Source: Rhodothermaceae bacterium (lineage in GTDB: Bacteria; Bacteroidota; Ignavibacteria; Ignavibacteriales; Melioribacteraceae). Taken from it: a DNA stretch of 64,000 nucleotides. The stretch spans positions 11,464 to 75,463 of the forward strand of contig JBGRQB010000002.1 in assembly GCA_041725875.1 (NCBI GenBank), read 5' to 3'. The notes under the pieces were generated by a model. That model was not told where the DNA came from. It saw only the letters and a list, made by a program, of their open reading frames with translations, and made no database searches. Below, in pieces: positions 49,176 to 57,432 of this stretch (its first letter is position 1; every line of letters starts with the position of its first letter). The translations under genes were made by a program, and so were the position numbers.

Positions 49176-49835
49176 CTAGTTAGACTTTAATAGTTTTTTA
49201 GCGAGTTTATAGAAATGTGTGCCAAGATTACTTGGCCATCGTTCATTCGGTTTGTCATCTAATGCACTTGAATTTTGGATTGCAGTATTAACATAAGGAA
49301 TATAATCCTGAGTTCTTAGATTTGCTTTATTGTAGCTTCCAAAAACATCTTTTAATTCTTGTTCGAGTTTTGTCCGGGTTTTATTAACTCTTTTGTTTTC
49401 GAATAAGGAAATTTGCTCGTTTTCTGAATAATCGGATAACTTTTTTTTATGCAAGAGTAGCCATAGTTCAAAACAAGGGTTACTTATTGCTAAAAAGTAT
49501 TTTTTCTGACAACATGATTGGGCAACTTGACTAATTTCATCTGCTTCCCAACTTTGTTTATCTCGATCAATTACTAACCATAATTCGTCATCTTCTGCAA
49601 TAGAGTATTCTTTCTTAAATACATCTAGCCTTGAAATTACAGACCGGGGAGAACTATTCCCCTTTTTTGTAACGATTGTTTCGATAAATATTTTTTTATC
49701 GTTAAATTGTTCGCAACACTGAAGAGCATTAAGATATTGCTTTTCAGTTTTTTCCCCCTCAGTTGCAATTATAAAAAGACTATGAACTTTTCTTTTAAAG
49801 CCAGATCTATTAAAGTTTTTTCTTTCTCTTCCCAT
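49176..49835 (-). CDS. RloB-like (Toprim-related) protein, AbiLii-like
   Basis: FIIATEGEKTEKQY (Toprim Glu), LWLVIDRDKQSW (DxD) and LAISNPCFELWLLLH blocks characteristic of the RloB family. Confidence 0.8.
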   Translation of the reverse strand: MGRERKNFNRSGFKRKVHSLFIIATEGEKTEKQYLNALQCCEQFNDKKIFIETIVTKKGNSSPRSVISRLDVFKKEYSIAEDDELWLVIDRDKQSWEADEISQVAQSCCQKKYFLAISNPCFELWLLLHKKKLSDYSENEQISLFENKRVNKTRTKLEQELKDVFGSYNKANLRTQDYIPYVNTAIQNSSALDDKPNERWPSNLGTHFYKLAKKLLKSN

Positions 49836-51166
49836 TATAATTTTTTTAAGTTAGGAACGCCTCCAAATCGTCCTAAAAGATAATTTCGCATTATTTCTTT
49901 ATCGAATCTTGGTTGGAATTCTTCCAGAGAAAACAAAGAACTTTCACCTAGTTTATTTTTTTCGATAAACCAAATTTCATCTTTTCTAATTTTTTTCAAG
50001 TTCAGTAAACTTGATTCATGAGTAGTGACAATTAACTGACTTTTTATACCATCAGATTCTTCAAAAAACAAATCAAGAATGTGGTTAGATAATAATGGAT
50101 GTAAGCTTCTGTTAAGTTCATCTATTAAAACCACCTTATTATTTTTAATTAAATCAATTATTGCCGGAATTAAATCGATAAGCCTTTGAGTTCCATCGGA
50201 TTCTTCATTTAATTCAAAATAAGAATAATTCGTTGAAGAAGCCATTTTATGTTTAGTTTGAAGTTTATAAGCTTTTATGTTGCCATTGCCATCCAATTCG
50301 ATAGAATAGGTTTTGTCATTTGACGCATTTGTTATCAAAAATTTAGTATCACTCTTAATTTTAGAGATAATATCGTTTTTAATTTCATCGGGAATATCAA
50401 CTATTTTTTTAAAATCTATTTCATTTAAAACGATACCCTCTATTCCGGTGTCCATATGTTTCAAATATTTATTAAGTGTGTTCTTAAAGTTTTCATTTTT
50501 ATTCAGTTCAATATATATTCCACCGTATTTAGAATCCGGGAAAATAACGTATAAATCTTTCTGGAACCAAGTAATAGTATCAATAATTTCGATTGAACTT
50601 TTCACATTTTTTTCAAGATTACGGTCTTTGCATTCAGTTAGAAACAGCTGGTTATCTCTTGTTCCTTTGCCAATAAATTCTAAAAACTGTTTTTCCTCTC
50701 GGTCAAGTCTTAAGCCTGAAAAATCAAAATTATTTATCTTTTTTCTTTCAAATATTTTTTTTTCAGTTCGTTTATCAACCTGATATAACCATTCTTCCAA
50801 GACAAATTCGTTATTTAAGATAAATCCATATGCATAATTTTTATTGTTTTTTTTAAATTCAAATTCAAATCGACTAGGTTTATCTAATGACTCTTTATGT
50901 AATTTAAAAGGAGTTACTAATATATTATGGTCGGGTTTGATTCCTTCAATAATCATTTTTTTTGCAAAATAAATCGATTTTATTAAATTAGATTTACCGG
51001 ATGCATTTGCGCCGTAGAGTACAGCTGTTTTTAAAACATCAATATCATATTTATTTTTACCTAATATTTTGTGGTGTTTTAGTGATCTAACTTTACTAGG
51101 GATTAATGAAAGTTCCGCTCTATTTTTGAATGACAGGAAGTTCTCTATTGAGTAACGTATTAGCAT
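49835..51166 (-). CDS. AAA_21/ABC-type ATPase, AbiLi/RloA-like
   Basis: FKNRAELSL...GANASGKSNL Walker A, ESDGTQR signature-like motif, VVLIDELNRSLHP Walker B and VTTHES H-loop. TAATG stop/start overlap with the RloB gene. Confidence 0.85.
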   Translation of the reverse strand: MLIRYSIENFLSFKNRAELSLIPSKVRSLKHHKILGKNKYDIDVLKTAVLYGANASGKSNLIKSIYFAKKMIIEGIKPDHNILVTPFKLHKESLDKPSRFEFEFKKNNKNYAYGFILNNEFVLEEWLYQVDKRTEKKIFERKKINNFDFSGLRLDREEKQFLEFIGKGTRDNQLFLTECKDRNLEKNVKSSIEIIDTITWFQKDLYVIFPDSKYGGIYIELNKNENFKNTLNKYLKHMDTGIEGIVLNEIDFKKIVDIPDEIKNDIISKIKSDTKFLITNASNDKTYSIELDGNGNIKAYKLQTKHKMASSTNYSYFELNEESDGTQRLIDLIPAIIDLIKNNKVVLIDELNRSLHPLLSNHILDLFFEESDGIKSQLIVTTHESSLLNLKKIRKDEIWFIEKNKLGESSLFSLEEFQPRFDKEIMRNYLLGRFGGVPNLKKL

Positions 51167-51286
51167 TTTATTTTGCCTTTCAAGTGATTAAATGGTGAAG
51201 TTTTCTCCTTATGGTCGAAATATTGTAATAAAAATTTAGAAATGCAACCTGTTTATTAAGGTATGGTTTAAGTTTTTAATATGCTA

Positions 51287-52849
51287 TTAAAGTTCCTGCT
51301 TCATTACATTTTCGTAATACTTTTTGTAGGTCTTTATTGAATTGAACATTCTGCGGGCAATTTCGTTTTGTCCCCTCTGACTTTTAAGATATTTTGCATC
51401 AGATCTGTTGGTAAGATAACCTGCCTCAAATAAAACTCCCGGCATTGAAGCGCCCACTAGCACATAAAATCCGGCCTGTTTAACTCCGCGGGAAGGAATG
51501 GGGTTGTTTTTTCTCATTTCCTGATTAAGAATATCTGAGAATTTTTCCGAATAGCGCATATTGGCTGAGTGCGCCATACTTACAAGAATGAAGTTTTCAT
51601 CTGTAAGTTTTTGGTACAAATCAGGGTTTTCTTCATACTCAATTACTTTGTTTTCTGTTTCTGCAATTCTTATTGCTTCTGCGGTTCTTCCCGGACGAAG
51701 AAGGTATGTTTCATAACCCCGCACAGAGCTTTTTTTCTTTGGTAGAGAGTTACAATGTATTGAGATAAAAAGCTTTCCGTTATTTTCGTTGGCTATTTTT
51801 CCTCGCTTAAAAAGCTCTATAAATTTATCGGTCTTTCTGGTATAAACAACTTTAACACCGGGCATTTTCTGTTCAATTAATTTCCCCAGTTTAAGTGTTA
51901 TTCCGAGATTTACATCTTTTTCTCTCAATCCCCCAACACCAATTGCTCCGGGATCTCTGCCTCCGTGTCCGGCATCAATTACAACAACATCAAACAGCCA
52001 GCGTTCCGATTCTTTTTCATAGTTGATTTCTTTATGTTTTAGTGTTGAATTCTGGACAGAAATAATTAAATCGTTGGTTTCCTGATCTATAAATGAATCG
52101 GCGTTTGTAAATCCTCTTTTTAAGGTAAATTCAAATTGCGAAGTAAGATTGGTTATTTTCTTTATTTCGGTTTTTCTTACAAGTCCGGTAGAAACTATCT
52201 CTTTTGCAAGTTCAGGATAAATTGTAACTCCAGAAATTGTTACAATCAGTTTATTGTTTATAATAGATTTTGTGTGCTGATGAATCTTTTTGTTTGATTT
52301 AAACGTAATCTGGGTCCCGTTAAATTTCTTTTCTATTTCAACACCAAAAAGATCAAAAGAATCTATACGTTCGGTATTATACCCTGAAAGATCTTCAACA
52401 TAATCTGCTTCAGAAGAATTATTGTTAATTGTGAGTCTTTTGGTGTATTTATCGTAAGAAAGATCGATATTCAGAAAATCTTTCAGATAGTGAATTGAAT
52501 ATTGCACAGGAACATAAATTCTGTTTTTTATCAGCAGAGTTGAAATAGGAAGCTGATACACTTCTGTTTTTTGATAATTATTTGAAGAAAAGAGAAGAAA
52601 CTGATTTTGAGCAGTAAATTTTATTTTTGCACTGCCTGATCTTATTTCAATTTGATGATTGTCTTTTGTGCAGGCTTTACCCAGAATTTTTGCCAGATCT
52701 TCAGCAGGTACAAAATCGTTTGATTTTTTTGTAATATATGTAAGATTAGAATATTTTCCGCCCGATACAGACATTTTCTGCAGGTTTTGCGCAAAAATAC
52801 CTGTGCTTAGAAATATTAATATATATATGATGACGGAAGTAAATCTCAT
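51287..52849 (-). CDS. N-acetylmuramoyl-L-alanine amidase (Amidase_3) with N-terminal targeting domains
   Basis: VVIDAGHGGRDPGAIG, ISIHCNS and GVLFEAGYLTN motifs. Confidence 0.88.
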   Translation of the reverse strand: MRFTSVIIYILIFLSTGIFAQNLQKMSVSGGKYSNLTYITKKSNDFVPAEDLAKILGKACTKDNHQIEIRSGSAKIKFTAQNQFLLFSSNNYQKTEVYQLPISTLLIKNRIYVPVQYSIHYLKDFLNIDLSYDKYTKRLTINNNSSEADYVEDLSGYNTERIDSFDLFGVEIEKKFNGTQITFKSNKKIHQHTKSIINNKLIVTISGVTIYPELAKEIVSTGLVRKTEIKKITNLTSQFEFTLKRGFTNADSFIDQETNDLIISVQNSTLKHKEINYEKESERWLFDVVVIDAGHGGRDPGAIGVGGLREKDVNLGITLKLGKLIEQKMPGVKVVYTRKTDKFIELFKRGKIANENNGKLFISIHCNSLPKKKSSVRGYETYLLRPGRTAEAIRIAETENKVIEYEENPDLYQKLTDENFILVSMAHSANMRYSEKFSDILNQEMRKNNPIPSRGVKQAGFYVLVGASMPGVLFEAGYLTNRSDAKYLKSQRGQNEIARRMFNSIKTYKKYYENVMKQEL

Positions 52850-52851
52850 TT

Positions 52852-53454
52852 TTATCCGATAAATGGTATTATAAACCCGCTTTTTTTCTTGTATTCTGAG
52901 TAATCTTCGTCAAAATGTTTAAGCAGCAGTTTTTCTTCAAAAGAAGCTCTCATTATTATAAGAGGAATTTCAATTAACACAACAACAGGCACAATTATGT
53001 AGCTCATAAGAGCCAGACCAATACCCAGATCTGCAAATATCTGACACAAATATTGCGGATGACGGATATTTTTGTAGATGCCGGTGGTAACAAGTTTATG
53101 ATTCTTAATTATTGCCACATCCTGCGTGTAATTTTTGCCAAGAGTTTTGAACGATTGTATTTGTCCCCAGGAAAAAATTACAAACATCAGCAATCCTGCT
53201 AGTCTGAAAGCATCATAATTAACAGATGAAAACTCTGCAAACTGTTCCGGAGTTAAAGAGAGAACACCAAAAACCGAAATGATTGAAACAAGTAAAATTA
53301 TTGCAGCAATATTAAGGGGCAGTTTTTGCAAAAAAGAAGCTGGTTTGTTCACAGTATTGGAAAGTGACAGTTTAAGCTGATTTTTACTTGCTTTTGCCTG
53401 GGCAATAAAGGTTGCAATTATATTTATTCCAACAAAAAGATTAATCGGGTCCAT
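52852..53454 (-). CDS. isoprenylcysteine carboxyl methyltransferase (ICMT/PEMT)-like membrane methyltransferase
   Basis: Polytopic membrane protein; GIYKNIRHPQY and EEKLLLKHFDEDYSEY motifs. Confidence 0.75.
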   Translation of the reverse strand: MDPINLFVGINIIATFIAQAKASKNQLKLSLSNTVNKPASFLQKLPLNIAAIILLVSIISVFGVLSLTPEQFAEFSSVNYDAFRLAGLLMFVIFSWGQIQSFKTLGKNYTQDVAIIKNHKLVTTGIYKNIRHPQYLCQIFADLGIGLALMSYIIVPVVVLIEIPLIIMRASFEEKLLLKHFDEDYSEYKKKSGFIIPFIG

Positions 53455-53584
53455 AAAATATCCACATAGTTTGTTGCCTAATATAAGAATTTATGCCATA
53501 TTGTAAAAACAGATCAGGCAAGTATTTTGGTAAATATAAATTTCCTTAAATTGTGCGTAAAATCACTGTTTTAATAGTTTTTTC

Positions 53585-53604
53585 TGCTTTTTTTAGAAAA
53601 AGCA
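53585..53604. promoter_or_regulatory. inverted repeat TGCTTTTT-N4-AAAAAGCA, candidate enhancer-binding-protein site
   Basis: Perfect 8-bp arms about 130 nt upstream of the sigma54-like promoter. Confidence 0.3.
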
Positions 53605-53723
53605 ACAATAAATAGAACAACCTGATGAGTTGATATAAATTAAAAAATGGTAATTTTTACCACTAATGACTAAAATGATAAATAGATTTTACCGAATTAT
53701 GTAAATAACAACTATAAATAAGC

Positions 53724-53739
53724 TAGCACAGTATTTGCA
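53724..53739 (+). promoter_or_regulatory. candidate sigma54 (-24/-12) promoter
   Basis: TAGCAC-AGTAT-TTGCA versus consensus TGGCAC-N5-TTGCA: one mismatch, exact spacing. It ends 30 nt upstream of the ATG at 53770. Confidence 0.5.
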
Positions 53740-53769
53740 CGGCATATATAAAAACAGGAAGGTGATATA

Positions 53770-54294
53770 ATGGGATTAGGACAAACAATGTTGACTGTTG
53801 GTTCAATACTCTTATTATAAATGGTACTACTAAATGTAAATAACAATTTTTCATCTACGCGTGATATTCTCATAAACAGCAAGTATAATATTATGGCAAT
53901 TTCCCTTGCCTCTTCTATGCTGGATGAAATTATGCAGGAAGCATTTGATGAAAATGTTATTGAAGAATATGTAGCCAGCACCAGCCTTATGAGTAATATA
54001 GGTCCGGATAACGAAGCTTACGGATCTTATGATGATATAGATGATTTTGATAATTACTGGTATGAAACCGAACCGGTGGATAAAACCAAGCCCCGATATG
54101 TTCCCGGACCGGTATACAGAGTTTGGGTTGATGTAAATTATATAAATCCTGCACAGCCGAATCTTGCTCAAAACACCAAAACATTCTATAAAAAAGTAAC
54201 AGTTAATGTTACAATGCCGTATCTGGCAGGAGAAGTTTTACCTGCTGATACAGTGAAACTGGAAAAAGTATTTACTTATTTTATTTTCAGATGA
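53770..54294 (+). pseudogene. PilV/GspI-like pseudopilin-like gene interrupted by in-frame TAA (53818..53820); alternatively a 16-codon uORF coupled to the ATG at 53821
   Basis: GGAAGGTGA Shine-Dalgarno sits 5 nt before ATG 53770, and there is none before ATG 53821. MGLGQTMLTVGSILLL-stop-MVLLNVNNNF reads as one hydrophobic N-terminal helix split by the stop. Confidence 0.5.
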
Positions 54295-54301
54295 GGTAGT
54301 A

Positions 54302-54919
54302 ATGGGATCGAATACAATACTTGATATAATAGGTTCTTCAATATTGGGAGGGATTCTTTTACTCATACTCTTCAGAGTCCACAGTGCCAATTCAGACGGA
54401 GTTTTTGAATATAATGCAGAATTAATGGTGCAGTCAAACCTTGTGGCCGCAGTTCAGATTTTAGAACACGACTTCAGAAAAATTGGTTATTGCCGCAACT
54501 GGGACAGTATCCCTAATCCGGGTCTGGCATTTTTATCGGCAAACAGACACAATATTACTTTCAGATCTGATATTGATAATGACGGTGATATAGATGCTGT
54601 AAGATATTATGTAGGAGATGTTTCTGAACTGGGAAGTACTCCTCATCCTAATGACAGAAAGCTATACAGACAAATAAATGGTGAAGAACCGCAAGATATT
54701 GCAATAGGATTAACGCAGTTTGATATGAAATATTTTACCTCTTTAGGAGATTCTTTACCAGTTCCTGTTGCTAATTTAGGTCAGATACACACAATACAGA
54801 TAGATATCACTTTGGAAAATACATTTGCGGTTGCAGAACGATATACTGATTCTATGAAATATGCAACTGCTTTTTGGAGACAGATAAGACTGGCTTCCAG
54901 AAATTTAAGTAACAGATAA
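54302..54919 (+). CDS. PilW/GspJ-like pseudopilin-like protein
   Basis: MGSNTILDIIGSSILGGILLLILF N-terminal helix, then QSNLVAAVQILEHDFRKIGY and DIDNDGDIDAVRYYV...KLYRQING...FDMKYF, a layout like minor pilins of the PilW class. Confidence 0.55.
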   Translation: MGSNTILDIIGSSILGGILLLILFRVHSANSDGVFEYNAELMVQSNLVAAVQILEHDFRKIGYCRNWDSIPNPGLAFLSANRHNITFRSDIDNDGDIDAVRYYVGDVSELGSTPHPNDRKLYRQINGEEPQDIAIGLTQFDMKYFTSLGDSLPVPVANLGQIHTIQIDITLENTFAVAERYTDSMKYATAFWRQIRLASRNLSNR

Positions 54920-54949
54920 TTCACCCTAAAAAATGAAGTGAGGTAAGTT

Positions 54950-56329
54950 ATGGGTGGTAAGGCGTCATTATTATTGGTTGTTGGTTTCAGCGCAATATTT
55001 TTAATATTCGGAAACAACTACAACACAATTAGCAGTAAGGCTGCTGATAATTATTTTGATTACTATCTCGATATTACTGCACACAATATAGCTGTCTCAG
55101 GCGCAAATATGGCTGCCCGAGAATTATTCAGCAACGATAAATGGGTAGACGGATATTCAAATCTTCAGCTTTCGGGCGGACTTTTGAATGTTTCGATTAA
55201 TAATCCTTTTTATGAAGGTAATGACAAAGTAAAAATTTGTCATATTCCTCCGGGAAATCCGAGCAACAGACACACAATTATGGTTTCTCAAAGTGCGGTT
55301 GCAGCTCATCTGGCGCACGGTGATACAATGGGTGACTGCGGCGACACAGTTGCAAATCAAAACCAGATTATTACAATTGTAAGTGAAGGCAAGGTTTTTG
55401 GTCTTAATAATGAAGAGATTACTTCAACAGTTGTAGTACGTATTCAGCCGAGCAGTTTTTCCAAGTTTGCTTATTTTTCGCATAGCGAAGGTAGTAATAT
55501 TTGGTGGACAAACAAAGATACTGTCTGGGGTCCAATGCACACAAACGATTATTTGAGAGCATACAGACATCCGGTTTTTTATGATAAGGTTACAACCAGA
55601 AAACGAATTCTTTATTATTCCAGACATTCTTATGATTACCCGATTATTCACGGTGATTATCAAAAAGGAGTTTATATCCCGATTCCTTCCGACGGTGTTG
55701 ATAAAGTAGAAGATCAGGCTAACCTTAACGGTCATGTTTTTTCCGGTCACGATGATGTTTATCTCCTTTTTGACGGAGACAGTATAAAATACAAATTTGC
55801 CGAAGGCGATGAATATAATGCTGTTTTAGGAGCAAACCTTACTTCAAACGGAATTATTTTTGCGCAAAATGCAAATATGCATGTAGAGGGAACCGTAAAA
55901 GGAAGGTACACAATTTCTGTTTCCGGTTCAGGCAGTAAAGGAAGTGTTTATATAGATAACAACATAGTTTACAATACAAGTCCTATGGATAACCCGGAAT
56001 CTACAGATATGCTGGGTATTGTATCTGAAAAAAATGTATGGATTTCTGATAATAATGCCAATAACTCAGGCGATATCGAAATTCACGCATCGATATATTG
56101 CCAGGAGGGAAAGTTTGGTGCGGAAAATTACAGGTACAGACCAAGAGCAGGCAACATTAATCTTGTAGGTGGAATTATTCAGGATACAAGAGGAGCTGTT
56201 GGTACTTTTGGTAACAGTGGCGGAAGCGGTTTTGGCAAAAGATACAGATATGATAACAGACTGCTTTATGTTTCTCCGCCCGCATTTCCGGGAACAGGAA
56301 AGTTTGAAATTTTATCCTGGTATGAATAA
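54950..56329 (+). CDS. PilX-like large pseudopilin-associated protein
   Basis: MGGKASLLLVVGFSAIFLIFG N-terminal helix, AHNIAVSGANMAAREL (PilX_N-like), a beta-rich body and a C-terminal RYRYDNRLLYVSPPAFP tail. Confidence 0.55.
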   Translation: MGGKASLLLVVGFSAIFLIFGNNYNTISSKAADNYFDYYLDITAHNIAVSGANMAARELFSNDKWVDGYSNLQLSGGLLNVSINNPFYEGNDKVKICHIPPGNPSNRHTIMVSQSAVAAHLAHGDTMGDCGDTVANQNQIITIVSEGKVFGLNNEEITSTVVVRIQPSSFSKFAYFSHSEGSNIWWTNKDTVWGPMHTNDYLRAYRHPVFYDKVTTRKRILYYSRHSYDYPIIHGDYQKGVYIPIPSDGVDKVEDQANLNGHVFSGHDDVYLLFDGDSIKYKFAEGDEYNAVLGANLTSNGIIFAQNANMHVEGTVKGRYTISVSGSGSKGSVYIDNNIVYNTSPMDNPESTDMLGIVSEKNVWISDNNANNSGDIEIHASIYCQEGKFGAENYRYRPRAGNINLVGGIIQDTRGAVGTFGNSGGSGFGKRYRYDNRLLYVSPPAFPGTGKFEILSWYE

Positions 56330-56353
56330 TTAGCATTATTCAACTTTTACTCA

Positions 56354-56387
56354 AAAGGTTCGCAGTGCCCGCGAACCTTTTTTTGTT
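56354..56387 (+). terminator. rho-independent terminator ending the pseudopilin operon
   Basis: AAAGGTTCGC-AGTGCCC-GCGAACCTTT followed by TTTTGTTT. Confidence 0.85.
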
Positions 56388-56448
56388 TAAAGGAACTTTT
56401 AGTATTTTTCTATGTTGAAGAATTGGAAACTTAATTTACAGGAATTTT

Positions 56449-57342
56449 ATGGCAAAGAATAAGACCGGCAAACAGGCGCAAAGCAAAAAAGAGCGTTTTA
56501 TAGCAGTTGCCAGAGAGTACACAATTTTAATTTTAATAGCGTTTTTTGTTGCGTCATCCATAATTCAAGGCTCACTTGTACCAACAGGTTCTATGGAATC
56601 TACAATTAATGTCGGGGATTTTATTCTTGTTAACAGACTCGCATACGATTTTTACACTCCCAGAAATGTGCCTCATACAAACCTCAGACTCCCCTTTGCA
56701 AGATGGGAATGGTCTGACGGACCGGAAAAAGGTGATATAGTTGTTTTTGAATTTCCCGGTTATCAGGGAAATCTTGAGCACACAGATGTGCAAAGCTGGG
56801 TTAAAAGATGTGTCGGGGTTCCGGGGGATACAATTGTTATCAGAGACAGAGTTCTTTTTGTAAACGGGAAAGAGTTTCCCATCCCTGCAAACATAAGATA
56901 TGAAAATAAATATTCTCATCCTGTAACAATGCCGGATCAGGAGATATTTCCGCGCAACGAATATTGGAATACTGATAATTACGGACCCGTAGTTGTGCCT
57001 GGCAAAGGTGAAGAGATAAAACTTACAACAGAAAATCTTTACAGATATGAAGATCTGATAAACAGAGAATATGGAAAAAGAGTTGTAAGAGTTAAAGATG
57101 ATAAAATATTTATCAACGGAAAAGAGACAGATACTTTTACCATAAAACAAAACTACTACTTTATGGTGGGTGATAACAGAAACAACAGTGCCGACAGCAG
57201 GGTTTGGGGTTTTGTTCCGAGAGATAAAATTTTAGGAGAACCGATGTTTGTTTTCTTTTCTTTCGACAGTTCAATTCCTTTCAGCAATTTTTTCAAATTG
57301 CTCGGCTCAATACGATTTAACAGAATTGGTAAAATTTTATAA
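56449..57342 (+). CDS. lepB: signal peptidase I
   Basis: VPTGSMESTINVGDFILVNRLAY (catalytic Ser), KRCVGVPGD (Lys) and GDNRNNSADSRVWGFVP boxes. Confidence 0.92.
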   Translation: MAKNKTGKQAQSKKERFIAVAREYTILILIAFFVASSIIQGSLVPTGSMESTINVGDFILVNRLAYDFYTPRNVPHTNLRLPFARWEWSDGPEKGDIVVFEFPGYQGNLEHTDVQSWVKRCVGVPGDTIVIRDRVLFVNGKEFPIPANIRYENKYSHPVTMPDQEIFPRNEYWNTDNYGPVVVPGKGEEIKLTTENLYRYEDLINREYGKRVVRVKDDKIFINGKETDTFTIKQNYYFMVGDNRNNSADSRVWGFVPRDKILGEPMFVFFSFDSSIPFSNFFKLLGSIRFNRIGKIL

Positions 57343-57350
57343 AGAAAAAA

Positions 57351-57372
57351 GGAGCTTTAAGCTCCTTTTTTT
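57351..57372 (+). terminator. rho-independent terminator after lepB
   Basis: GGAGC-TTTAA-GCTCC followed by TTTTTTT. Confidence 0.75.
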
Positions 57373-57432
57373 GTAACACCAACATTCATAAATTCGTCAC
57401 ATAAACGTTAGTTTTAATATTTACAGGTAAAG

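Noticed and set aside
50313-50783. 156-aa plus-strand ORF inside the AAA_21 ATPase gene
   Set aside because: It is antisense to a gene with clear Walker A/B motifs and gives a Ser/Phe/Leu-rich low-complexity translation.
53712-54184. Minus-strand ORFs 53712..53981, 53851..54171 and 53987..54184
   Set aside because: All are antisense to or overlap the pseudopilin-like gene and its promoter. They lack an RBS and any recognisable motifs, and are typical shadow ORFs.
56572-57150. 192-aa minus-strand ORF
   Set aside because: It is entirely antisense to lepB, whose signal peptidase I motifs are unambiguous. Its composition is Cys/Phe/Ile-rich, as in shadow frames.
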